NCBI GenBank assembly: GCA_001643675.2
Contig: LSRY02000056.1
Location: forward strand, 186,001 to 250,000
Source: Monocercomonoides exilis PA203
Lineage: Eukaryota > Protista > Preaxostyla
Direction: 5' to 3'
Length of the DNA: 64,000 nucleotides
How positions within the stretch are numbered: the stretch's first letter is position 1; every line of letters begins with the position of its first letter. Shown one piece after another: positions 12,056 through 24,100 of the stretch. The notes beneath the pieces were generated by a model. That model did no database searches and was not told where the DNA came from. It worked only from the letters and a program-made list of their open reading frames with translations. The position numbers and the translations under genes were made by a program.

Positions 12056-12897
12056 GAGAATGGAAGAAGACAAACACAGATTGTGAAATTAGGTAAGAAT
12101 TACAACTTTGCTCATTTCATTGAACTATTCTTAATATTTTATTCATTTGTTGGATATTGCTTCACTTCAACTCTTTGCTTTTTCTTCATAACAAAAGTGC
12201 ACAATGCTTTTTACAGAAAATGTGCTTTATTTTTTAACAAGCCGAACCAGAAAATAAAAAAAATTGAAATTGGTTTTGTTTGAAATGACTAATACATTTT
12301 TAGAATCATTTAACAAGATGAGAACCTAAAACATTGTTTTTTTCATAAAATAAAGTCAAAGTTTGCAAAAAAGGAATGCTCAACTCGCCATTTTTTCGCA
12401 AGACGTGATAAAACATTGTTCATTCAATTTGCATTTTCTTGGATTTTGTTCGGTTGAAACGGCTTTGAGCTTTGTGTGAAAAAACAAGCTGTCATCTTCG
12501 AAAAGCGTGGAAATTTTTTATTCAGCAACTTATTCATTTTTAAGAGTAATCAATTAAACATTTCGTTGTTAATTTGAACGCTTCAAAATGTTTGATTCAA
12601 ATCAAAGATTCAATCCAAGAAAAACATAATCTGATTTTTATACTAAGACACAAGTGCTTTGAGGTGAAAAGAGTTATTAGAAAAGAATAAAAATTCTAAA
12701 TAAAAATTATTTAAAAAAATAATCCAAACAAAAAGATGCAATTTCAAGTTGTGTCAAACGTTGTGAATATTCGAATATTTCCCTTTTTCTGCTTTGTGAA
12801 AACTATTTTGGCTTTTTCTTTAACAATTTCCTTTACAATCAAAGTATTCACATAACATTCCTTTTCTCTTCATTTATCCACCACAAATATCAACAAC

Positions 12898-15320
12898 CTA
12901 ATTTAGTGACCAGACGAAGACCGACCCGTCGTGTGAGCCAGAGACGATGTAGTATCCATCAGGAGACCATGCCAAGCACGATACCATTTCTGGGTGTCCC
13001 TGCCCCAGCAGCACTATCTTCCCTTCGTCATAATCTACAACTTTCACCATCTTGTCTCTTCCTGCGCATGCAAGCAGCGATCCTGTCGGGTTGATTGCCA
13101 CATCCATAATCTCCTGCTCTGACAGCTCCAGCTCTCTCAGCAGCTTCCCTTCGACTGAGTCGTAGTAGCTCACCATCCTGTCTGATCCACACACAACAAC
13201 TTGGCAACAGTCCGGCGGTAGATAATCCACACCCAAAAAGTTGGCATGCTTCATCATCTGCTTCAAGCGCACATATCGATCAGATAGAGACCAAGTATAA
13301 CATGTGCCATCATCAGACACACTCACACACTCTGTGTCTTCAAAGTTCACACGCACCGCATTCACTTTCGTCCTGTGCTCTTTCAGTGTCGCCACCAGTG
13401 TCTGAGACTCTCTCCCCAGCTTCCACACACGCACCTGCCCTTCGCTACCCCCAGACACAATGTACTGATTCGTGGTGCTGTACGTGGTGATGCACGTGAC
13501 CTGTTTGTGTGCATCGTTGATCACATAAAGCAGCCTTCCTGTTTCTGGGCCGAACGCACGGATTTTGCCATCGCTCCAGCCGCTAATGATTTCTGAGCCA
13601 GAAGGATTGAAGCATACACAAAGACACTCCTGGTTCGGAACTTCAATGCGCAGCAGTTCATTACCTGTTGCCATGTGCCACAGGCGGATGTCGCCAGACT
13701 GCGAACATGATGCGAAAATCTCAGATGTGGAAAGAGGGAATGCTACGCCTGTAACGGGGCCAGTATGACACGTTCCTTTCAGCGAAGCCTTCATATCTGG
13801 AATAATGATGGAGTAGATGCAGCCCTTTTCTGTTCCACACACAAGTTCCCACTGCGGCCCAGCTGCGGCAGGGCGGATGGAAGGAGGGCGAACTGCTTCC
13901 GTCTGTCGTGGAATCAGAGCACGCTGGGCAGTTGCCATTGGAATGACTGGCCCGCGTGTGCTGATCTTCTTTGGAGCGCCTCTACCTGCACCAGAAGAAG
14001 GGGAAGCTCGTCGGACTGTTCTCGCAGGAGCAGCTCGTGAAGCAGGAGGGGGTGCTGGGTGATATGGCCTGACATTAATTGATGAAACTTTTCCCATCAC
14101 TTGCACCTTTCCCACATTCAAGAAAAGAGGTTTTGTTGCATTCATTGGATCTGGAATGGTGTAAACAACAACATCACCGTTGCCGCTTCCAGCTGCAAGC
14201 GCAAGACCCTTTGCAGCCATTCTGAAGAGAGCAAGAGAAGTGCATCCCCCCTGAAGCCTGTTGATATCCTTTGAAGGACCATAATGCTTCAACAAGTACG
14301 TCTGCATGTGCACAACCATAATATCACCTGTAGTTGTGCCAATGTATGCCAGTTCGTCTGTCTCATCTATCACTGCACAAAGAGACACTCTCCTGAAATG
14401 ACCCAATTGACAGTCGTTTGGAATAAGCTTCGTGTTGCGGTAGTCAATATCCCACACACGTGGTTGGCACAGACCGCCAGTCAAAAACGATTCATCAGAG
14501 TTTCTAAAGAACTCCACAAAATAAGCTGCATCAATCGCGACAGGTGATCCACAAACTGGAAAAACAATCGCAAATATTCATTTTGCAGATAACAATTAGA
14601 ACTATTTAAACACAAACAACAAAACTAAACAAATAAACAAACTTGGCTTTCCTTCATCAACTTTCCAAACAACAACATTTTTATCATCAAGTCCTCCTAA
14701 TGATACCATATATTGCTCTGATGGAGAGAACGATAAACTCTGAACTTTTCCGTTGTGTTGTTTCAATTTAAACAATTGAGTTCTAGTTTCGAAATCCCAA
14801 ATAATAATGTAAGCCTATAGAAAATTGAATTCGATTGCATAATGATACAAAAGCATTCAAATAAACCAAATAAATAAGCTTTGAAAAGAATAAAAAATAT
14901 TCACACAGGAAATCCTGTTCTAGTCTCTTCACCAGAGGCGATGTACTTTCCTGATTTTGAAATGGCAAAGCATGTGATGTGACCCGAATGGCCAATAAGG
15001 AATTCTTGAGAACCACCGAGTTGTGAAATGACAAGATTGCATCCAATAGCATACACGACATGCTGGCCATTTGGATGTAACTTATATCCACCAGGTATCG
15101 TACCTTGTGAAAAGCGCAAGATACATTACCAATTAATTAAGATCAAGTAATTTGTGATGTTCAAAACAAATAATAATCAAAAAAAATAAATTCAACGAAT
15201 AAGAATTAGAAAAAGTTGCAATCAACGAATATAAAGCATTAAATAAAGAAAATAACTTTATTTTGCAATACCTGCAAATCCAATTGTTTGCTCAAGCGGA
15301 AGTGGCTCGAAATCGCTCAT
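12898..15320 (-). CDS. CFAP52: Cilia- and flagella-associated protein 52 (WDR16); exons 15320-15272, 15103-14907, 14814-14643, 14555-12898
   Basis: N-terminus LPLEQTIGFAG, LGGLDDKNVVVW, ICGSP, IISGWSDGKIRAFGPETGRLLYVINDAH and multiple WD40 repeats; three frame-preserving introns. Confidence 0.92.
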
Positions 15321-15530
15321 TATTTTTTATTCAAACAACTTATTCCCATAAATCATTTATATTCTTTTGATCAAAAATTTTTATCGCTTTTCTTTGAATA
15401 TGTTTGGAAAAAACATTATTGATATGTTTATTAATGATTGAAGTGAAAATTCAGAAATGGGAGCTTGACACGAGAATTGAGAAGTGTTATTAGAAAGAAA
15501 CAAGAAGTGCTTACTGAAGTGGAGATAGCA

Positions 15531-15928
15531 TTATATGTCTGTTTCGCCTTCAGGAAGAGCGTCTATGTAGAGAACGTTGTTGCATCTTAAAACATCAAGA
15601 AAAACAACAAATAAATCAAAATAAGATTTTAAAAAATTCATATTATTCAAACAAACAAATAATACCTTATTAACACTTGCCCCAAAAATCCTGTTGCCTT
15701 TCCTTCAACGAACTCTTCGCAGTTAGCAAGTTCAAGATTCATGAAGCTATCTACAGAGACAAGATATCCCTGAAGAGATAGACCCCATTTTAGCTTCACT
15801 AATATCGGTTTTCCGGTAAGTGATCGAAGGAAGTCTTTTGGAAATAACGCTTTGCTCTAAACATAAACGAAATGAACACCATTAACATTCTATTACAAAA
15901 GAAAATCATATTTCAATATTCACACCAT
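15531..15928 (-). CDS. SNRPF: snRNP protein SmF; exons 15928-15926 (ATG only), 15856-15666, 15585-15531
   Basis: Spliced product [82 protein letters not shown] contains the SmF signatures VKLKWG and [10 protein letters not shown]. Not in the ORF track. Confidence 0.95.
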
Positions 15929-16197
15929 TTTCAATTATTTGTAAAGGGTAATTTACCATAATTGTCAAATGAGATATTCAACACAGACGATATAAAAGAA
16001 TATTATTTATATTATAAAAAATAAAAATTTGAACATTTGAAAACGTTTTAAATCACATTCCTTCAAAGAAAGATGGTTATTTTCAGCTTTATTTTGCATT
16101 AAAATGTTTTTTGATTTCTAAAAAGTGAAAAAACACAAAAAAATGAAAAAGTGGAAATGTATTAAAATAGACGTGATATGTTTTTTTCTATGGAAAT

Positions 16198-19100
16198 CTA
16201 AGCGCTGCGTTCATTCACACTTACAGAATCCGTACCAAAGCGAACGCGCTGCTGCTGTTGAGTTGATTTTACTTCAGATGCTGAAGAAGTTGAAGAGTCC
16301 GAAGAAACGAGAACTTGAGGTTTTTCCATCTTCATTGAATTCAGAAAGGCAGATGCAAAAGATCCCAATGACCCATCATCTGAATTGATTGGTGTCTGCC
16401 TCGTAAACTGTGCAAATGAAGGAGAGGGAGAAGAAGAAGAAGAAGAAGGAGAAGGAGAAAGCAGAAGTGAAGAAGTTGGAAGACGAGAAGATGGATTTGC
16501 ATTGAGGCGCGATGAAGACGAAAAAGAAAGAGAAGACGAAAGATTTGGTTGTGAAGGGGAAGAGCCGAGTCTGAACTTCATGTTTTCTTCCATCAGCTGC
16601 TTGCACCTCCTGTTTGCTTCTTCGTACAATGACTCCAATTCACTCAGTCGCTGTTCTTTTGCACTCAGCGTCTCTTGGGCGTCTCTTAATGCGCTCTCCA
16701 TGCGGTGCATTTCTTGTTCCATGTGCTCTCTTTCCTTCGCCGCAGCCGCGTTCTGCTCTTCCAGCTCAGCCTTCATCACATTCAGCGCTGCCTCGCTCAG
16801 CCCAAACGAGTCCTGGTAGTTCTCCAGCTCCTTCACAGCCACCGCCAAGTCTGCCTCCAGCTGGTTCCTCTGCTCCACCAGCGCCGCCAGGTCTGTCCGC
16901 ACCGCCCGGCTGTCCTGCTCAGCCAGGCTCTGGTGGCGGATCTTCTCTTTCAGTTGCTCCTGGCTCGTCTGCGCCTGCTGCTTCACCACCGCCAGCTCTT
17001 CTGCCTTTGACGCCAGCTCTGCCTCAAGACGCGCCTTGTCTGATGCATGTGCTGCCATCTCCCTTTTGAGCTTGTCGCGGCAGCTGTGCAGGTCCTCTTC
17101 CACAGCAGACAGCTCAGCCTTCATCTGCTCTTCCTCCGACGCCATCTCACTCTGCTTCTGCTGCAGCCCCCGCAGCATCCCTTCCAACTCTCTCTTAATC
17201 GCTGCCACATTCTCCGCATCGCTCTTCAGATCACTCGAAGTCGCTGATATCTCCGCCAGCTCTGCCTCAGCTGCGTCCTTTCGCTTTGTCACCTCTTCTA
17301 GTTGCCTGTTCGTTTCACTCAGCTCAGTTTTCAGTGCATTCAGCTCGTCTGCCAGCTCTTCCTGGCTGCTGTGCTGGGCAATGGTGTGCTCTCTGTAGAA
17401 TCGCAGCTCTGCCTCCTTCTCTTCCTTCTCCTTTGCCAACTCTGCTTCCAACTGGCTGATCTTTCCTTGCGCTTCCTTTAGCTCCAGCTGTGTTCCCATC
17501 ACCTTCCGCATCTGCTGCTCCACTTCTGCCTGCTTCTCCACCATCTCCTTTTGATGACTCCGAAGAATCTGCTCAATCTTGTCTGTTGTTCCTTGCCCTC
17601 TTTCTGTCAGCTGGCTCAGCTGAGTTCCAAACGACTCTCTTTCCTTCTGCACTTCTCCTCTCAACTGCTCAACCATCTGCCTCAGATGCTCCTTCTCTCC
17701 AACAGCCACATCCAGCGCTGCTCTCTTCTCTTCTGTCATTCGCGTCTGCTCCCTCAGCTCTTGCTCCACTTTCTCCAACTTCTGCTTTGCAAGTTCTGCT
17801 GTCTCCTCTGCTTCTGCCTCCATCGCGTGGATGCGCTCAACAAACGCGTTGCTTTCCACCTTCGATTCCTCTTCCTTCTCATTCAGCTGTGCTTGCAGTG
17901 ACTCCGTCTTTTGCTGCTCCAAGGCCAGCTGATACTGCAATGCTCTGATGTTTTGATTGAGTTGGTCCATTTGCCCCTTCAACTCCTCTTTCGTGTCATC
18001 CAAAGTGCGCGTCTGCTCTGCCATGTTCTGCTTTTCTTGATGGATGTTGTTCAGCTCCTTTGTCAGCAGCGCGTTCTCTGCAGTCAGCTCAGCTATCTTC
18101 TGTGCCATCTCCTCGGCCTCTTTTTTGAGCTTCTCTGTGTCTTCACTCCTCTTCTTCAGCTCAGCATTCAGCTGGCCACAATATTGATTGTACTGCTTTA
18201 TCCTCTCACTCACCATCACATCTTTTCCCTGCGACGCTTTCGTCGCCATCTCCAGCTGATGGCTGGCAATTGTGTATTTTGTCTCTTTCTCCTTCAAACT
18301 GTCCTCTTTCGTTTTGGCATCAAGACGTGCTGCATGTAACTGCTCATGCAGCATCTTCCGCTCAATCCTTTGTTCTTCTTTCAGATTGCTTATCGTCTCT
18401 TTCAACGACTCATTTTCTTTTCCCGTTTTCTCCACCTCATTCTTCAGCTGATTGTTGTCTATTTTCAGCTCCTGAAGCTCTTCATTGGCCTTCTTCAGTG
18501 AGTCCTCCAGTTGAGCGCATTTTGTCTTTGTCTCTTCAACCTCAGCATCCAATTGACCAATATTCTGTTCAAGCACTTCTTCATTCCGCGCTGCCTCTTC
18601 TGCAACTTTTCTCTCTCTTTCCTCTGCTGCTTTCACTCTTTCCTTCAGTTCTGTCAACTCTCTTTCCTGTGCCCCTTTCTCTTGTGTCAGATTCTGTCTT
18701 TGTCTTCCGCTTTCGTCTGCTTCCTGCTTCAGCTTGTCAATCACATCCTGAAGCCTTCTCTCTCTTTCTTCAATCTCCTTCTTCATCTCATTCTCTTTCT
18801 TTGCGCAGTTCTCCTCAGCCAGCTGCATTTTCTTCTGCATCAATTCGACTTCTCCTTCGAGTCGCTTTGCTTCCAGTTGCGCTGCTTCAAGATCGTCTTT
18901 CATGTCGCTGTGCGCTTTCAACAGATCTTTCTGCAATTCTCGTGCATCGCTTTCAGCTGCATGTATGGTCTCATTTTCCGCACGTAATTGTTCGATTTGC
19001 TCTGTCATTTTTGAGTTTTCCGCTTGAAGCTTTTCAAGGGCAGTATCTTTAGCTGCAAGAGAATGCGACAATGTTCTGATGTGCTGTTCAGATGCACCAC

Positions 19101-19816
19101 TCATCAAATTTTGCTTGTCGCACTCTTCTTGAAGACGCTGTTTTTCATTTGTTAATTCTTCTAATTTGGTTGTCAATAAAGTGTTCTGTTCTTTTGATTT
19201 TTCAAATTGTTCTGTCAATTTCCCGTGATCCTCTTTGAGTTTTGTCAACTCTTCTTCGAAGTTATCAGCTTTATCTTCATTCTCTGCTCCTTTTTTCTGC
19301 AAGTCAACAGCAATTTTTCGTAAGCGATCCTCTTCGTTCACTGCTTGCTCCATTCTTTGTTGTGCAGCACGAACGTCGGCTTCACATTGTTCCACTTGTT
19401 TTGAAAGGTCAATGATCCGTTGAGCCTTTTCTTTATTATCTTTTTGGGTTTTTGCAATTTCTTGTCTCAGCTCTTCTAATTCTTCGAGAACCACTCCCTG
19501 CATATCATTCAAAAAGTAATTTTCAAAAAGAAATAATAAATAATTAATTATCAAACTTTCTTGTTGCCGAAGCCCAGTTGTGCCGCACGAGAATCCAATG
19601 CCGATTTCAATACATCAATGTATGTTCTCAGTTCTTCGTTTTCTTTGATTTGACTTTGAAGAGACGCAGCAAGACGTTTTCTTTCTTTCAAATTTGGATC
19701 ATCTTTCGATGGTGTCCTTGTCGTTCTCTAAAAATTAAATCAATCATGAATGTTTTAACAATTTTCAAATCTAACATTAAAAGATATCTTCAAACTGCTG
19801 TCAATGATAAGCTCAT
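16198..19816 (-). CDS. Long coiled-coil protein (~1160 aa), probably cytoskeletal; exons 19816-19796, 19727-19557, 19497-16198
   Basis: E/K/Q/L heptad-rich over ~1000 aa with a Ser-rich tail; two phase-0 GTTTG..AG introns join an upstream ATG in frame. Confidence 0.85.
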
Positions 19817-19910
19817 TGAAAATTAAATTTTTTAAAAAATTGGATTTTAACCCATTCTATTTTGTTTTCCTGAACCTTAACATAATATTTCAATTTATCC
19901 AAAGACCACC

Positions 19911-21032
19911 ATGGCTTGCACTATTGTTGTACAGGGTATTGGACCGAACAATGCTGAAGCATTTTCGTTTTTAGAAGTTCCAACTCCTTCTACACTTCTT
20001 TTATCCGTTGCAGAACGTTTGGGGATTGAAAAATGCAAAATTGCTTCTTTCTCCGAAACTGTGTATTTTTTGCATGAAGGACAGTTGCTTACTGAAGGCT
20101 CTTTAGATGGATGCTTTTTTACAACAGTTCAATGTTGTTTCAGGATTCTTGGAGGAAAGCAAGGAGCTTTTGGTCAAACTGTTAGAAATGCCAAAACAAC
20201 AGGAAAAAAAATAGTTTCGATGAGCAAGTGCAGAGACCTCTCAGGAAGAAGAATTGGCGACCTGAAAGTGGAAAAGATGTTGAAAGAATGGTCTGCAAAA
20301 GCACCAGAAAGAGAAGCTGCAAAACGATTAGAAATGGAAAAAAAGAATGCTCGTAGACTGGCTCCAATGTCAGCTCCTGATCTTGGAAAATATGATGAAA
20401 AGTTAAAATCAAGTTCGGAAGGATTACTTGATGCGATGGGATTTGCTTTGAAACATTCTGATTCTCGCAACAAAAAACATGCTCAAGAATCTGATTCTGA
20501 GAGCGATGAGAGTGAAAGCATGGATGAAGATGATCTGTCATCCAGCGAAGAAAACGAAGACGAAAGCAGCGAATCTGATGTATCTGAGTCACAACATCAG
20601 AAACAACCAAAATTTGATTCAGAAAGCGAAGGAGAAACAAAAGAAACTTTATTACCATTTTTGAAAGAAAAAAAGAAAAACGACTCCTTCCAGTCAAACA
20701 CCTCGCCTCAATGCTCTTCTTCAATTTCATCTCCTCCTTCAACAATCTCTTCTTTATCGTCTCCTTCAGATTCAAGTGACAAATCTTCTTCAGTTGAAGA
20801 TTCATCTTCAAATCCAGCGCAACCTGCATTTCAACCAATATCTCTCGACTGCATTTCATCTTCAAGCGAATTGATTGAGAAATATTCACGTGAACAAATC
20901 AAATCCGAACTAAACCGTTTGGGCTTAAAGTGTGGAGGAAGAATAGAAGAACTTGCTGAAAGACTTTTCAGCATAAAAGGAATAGAAACACAGAAAGAAA
21001 AGTGGAATCCAAAAATATTGGTTAAAGTCTAA
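19911..21032 (+). CDS. SDE2: SDE2 homolog (ubiquitin-fold-activated splicing factor)
   Basis: N-terminal ubiquitin-like region ending RILGG|K, then CRDLSGRR, and C-terminal SAP-like LGLKCGGRIEELAERLFSIKG. Confidence 0.93.
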   Translation: MACTIVVQGIGPNNAEAFSFLEVPTPSTLLLSVAERLGIEKCKIASFSETVYFLHEGQLLTEGSLDGCFFTTVQCCFRILGGKQGAFGQTVRNAKTTGKKIVSMSKCRDLSGRRIGDLKVEKMLKEWSAKAPEREAAKRLEMEKKNARRLAPMSAPDLGKYDEKLKSSSEGLLDAMGFALKHSDSRNKKHAQESDSESDESESMDEDDLSSSEENEDESSESDVSESQHQKQPKFDSESEGETKETLLPFLKEKKKNDSFQSNTSPQCSSSISSPPSTISSLSSPSDSSDKSSSVEDSSSNPAQPAFQPISLDCISSSSELIEKYSREQIKSELNRLGLKCGGRIEELAERLFSIKGIETQKEKWNPKILVKV

Positions 21033-21150
21033 TTTTTAAAATTTTTCATTTCACAGCGTTCATTTCATTGTTTTATTTGTGAAATTATAAAAAAAATATT
21101 TATGATCCACACCCTTTTACTTTTCCATATTAATTTATTTTTAATTATAT

Positions 21151-24100
21151 ATGGATGAACTTCCACGCTCTCAAGATAACTCGAATGAAAATAAGGTTCA
21201 GAAGCAACGTGGATTACCAACTCAAATTATTACTCACAGTGCATCTTTTCCAATAAGCACAGCAACTATTAAGAGTTGCCAGTTTTTCAATTCTGATGTC
21301 ATTCGTTCTCTTCATGATTCTCAACATTTGCTGCCTTTTTTGCTGGAAAACAAAAACAATAAGGAATCAATTTCTAAAGTATTGATACAAAATTTTTTTG
21401 TGAATGCCATTTAATTAAATGTTATTTTCAAATTTTGACAGTTTTTAACATCTCGTTTTGAGATGCAACTTTTCTTAACATTTACATGGGCAAGTGGTAA
21501 AGACAGTTTGTTTTTACAATCAGGTGAACAGATATTGGACAAAACAGAAGAGTTCAAACGATTGGGATTTACAAAAACATTTGTATCACAATCTGTGGAC
21601 AATTGTAAAGGTTCTCAAACAATTGACTGTTCTAAACTCATGGGCATCAAAGAGTTTACTTCAATGAGCAAATCAAAAATTGATAATTCTTTGATGAAAA
21701 ATGAGATTAGTGGATTCAATTTGCGAATGAAAGAATCGAAAATTCAATCAATAATGGAATCTCTTCAACAAGACAGCATTGAAGGCAATGATACTTTCAC
21801 CACACGCGCAGAAGGCACTTTGCCAATGATTGAATCTGACGGTATTGAAAGCGAGATATTGCATTCTCTTCATTTCCCAAGGTCGTCTCGTGTCTCAGCG
21901 ACTAACGGTCGCTGCGCAACATTTGTCTCATCTCCGATTGCTTCATCATTTCGTTCTTTTGCTGCTTCAACTAAAGAATCTGTCATAAGAACTATTTCAA
22001 ATCGACAGAGTGATGTTGCTTCGTTGAATTGCATGTATATTGATGTTGTGCTGATTCCATTGGTGCATCTGTCTGTTTTCGAAGAATTATTCAAAAACAG
22101 CAGCACTCACTTCGCTCATATGCAACTGCTTCAACATATTCAACTTCATACAGACAGCATGAGAAGAGATGAAGATGAATGCACAGAAGCAACCGAAGAA
22201 ACAGAAGAAATACAAAAGAAAAAGAGGAAAAGCGCTCGAGAATTGGCATCATCTTCGCAAAATGACATGTCAAAACGACCGTCTGTTCCAAGATTCGATA
22301 CGTCAACTCTTCCTCTTTCGAAGTACAAAGAGAAAGTCTGGGCGTCTTCTGCCACAAGCAAGAATTCTCTGTCAAACCCACGTTTGAATGACTTGTTGGA
22401 CAACAGTTCAGAAAACGAAGATTCTTCTCATCAAATTCGTCATTCGCCTTTACAGCCAACGCACTCAACAGCAAGTTCTTCGATTCTTCCTTCTTCTTCG
22501 CAAACACTACAAAATGAAGATGTCAACACTTCTGCATCTAGCGAAGGAAATTCACTTTCCTCGCCTTCTCCTTCTCCTTCTCCTTCTTTATTACAGCCAT
22601 CCTCTTCACTTCCACCATATTTCTTGCGTTTTTCGTGTCCTATTCATTTCAGCTCGATTAATTCACTTCATCTTTTATCGGTTGCCTACAATTCGAATGA
22701 AAGCTTATCTGAATCATCTTTGTTAGCTCCGAAGACTTTGCCTTCTCAAACTCATCCAATTCCTTTTTCAACTGTTTCTTTCTCTTCCTGTCCAACCCCT
22801 CCTTCTCCACTTTCTCTTCAAATTCCTTCTTCATCTCCGTCTTTTTCATATCAACCTCCTTCTTTGCTTTCCTCTTCTTCTCTCTCCTCTCTTTCTCCTT
22901 CACCAAATTTCTCATTTCCACCACCTCCTTCTGCTTCTTCTTCCGCTTCTTCGTCGTTGTCTTCTTCTTCAAATAGTTTTTCTGCTTCATCTTCGTCTTC
23001 AGGGCGTCTTTCAGAAAAACATGATGTGTTGTTTGTTGTTGATCTGAACAGCTCTGCCAGCTCATCGTTAGAATTCGCTTCAAAAGTACAAGCGTCGCCT
23101 GCCCAACTATCAAATCATCTTGCAAATGCATCGTTTAAACAGCAGCTGAAGCAAATTTCTGAGCTGTTGAAACCAATGTTTGATATTCAGACAGACTCTC
23201 AGCCTTTGAATAGACTCGTCTTCTCGCTCAATCCAAACGGTGCACTTCGAACGCTTCTTCGTATTATTTGCAGTTCAAATGCGTTGTTTAAAGCGCTCAA
23301 AAAGTCAACTGCATCTGCTCACACTGAAAACCCCAGTGATAAAGATTCTTCTGATGATGCAACTCAGCAGAAGCCAGAAACTGCTCCTGTGCAGAATGAA
23401 AAGGCCAAAGAAGAAGATAAACCTTTGTTCAGTGACTTAAATCCTATTCCATTGTCTGTTTCATCTTTTGTGTCAATTAAGTCTCTTCTTGAAAGCACTG
23501 ACATCCAAAAATATCTTTCAACTTCAAATGTATCAACAGCCTGCGCTGTTGATAGCTCTTCTTCGACATTCCCAGAGCATTGCTTTGTTTCCATTGTTGC
23601 AGCAAATTCTCGCTGCACTCCAGACGATGCACAAAATTCTTCCACTTTGCATCCTTTTGTCCCTCCAAACATCCCAACGATATCCCTCCCACCGTCAATG
23701 CCTCATTCAAAGATACCAACAATTTCTGGTTTCCATCCAGCACGAGTGATGAAACGGATTCCAATAAACACCATCCCCATCGTCTCGTCCACACAGCGCA
23801 CAAACATCCCAGCACCGCCCAACAGCTCGTGCTTTGTGATTGATGCAATCGACACATCTGACTCTCTTTCACATGTCCACCCGCTCTGCCCATGCAGCCT
23901 TCCTTCTTCCTCATCTATTGCTGTTCCTCTCGCTGCGCTGCAGATTGGCACGTGGACAGCAGCGACTGGGACAGGTGTGGATGTGTCTGCAGAAGTCTCT
24001 CTGGCACGTGGGTGCTTCACCTACCGCATCCAGCACAAGAAAGCGCTTATCTCACACTTCATCAACTCTATCGACATCCCATTTCACACAATCATCCACG

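Noticed and set aside
16376-19423. Numerous antisense ORFs over coiled-coil genes (also 29109-32142 and 37548-40045)
   Set aside because: Expected shadows of GC-rich, E/K/Q-biased codons.
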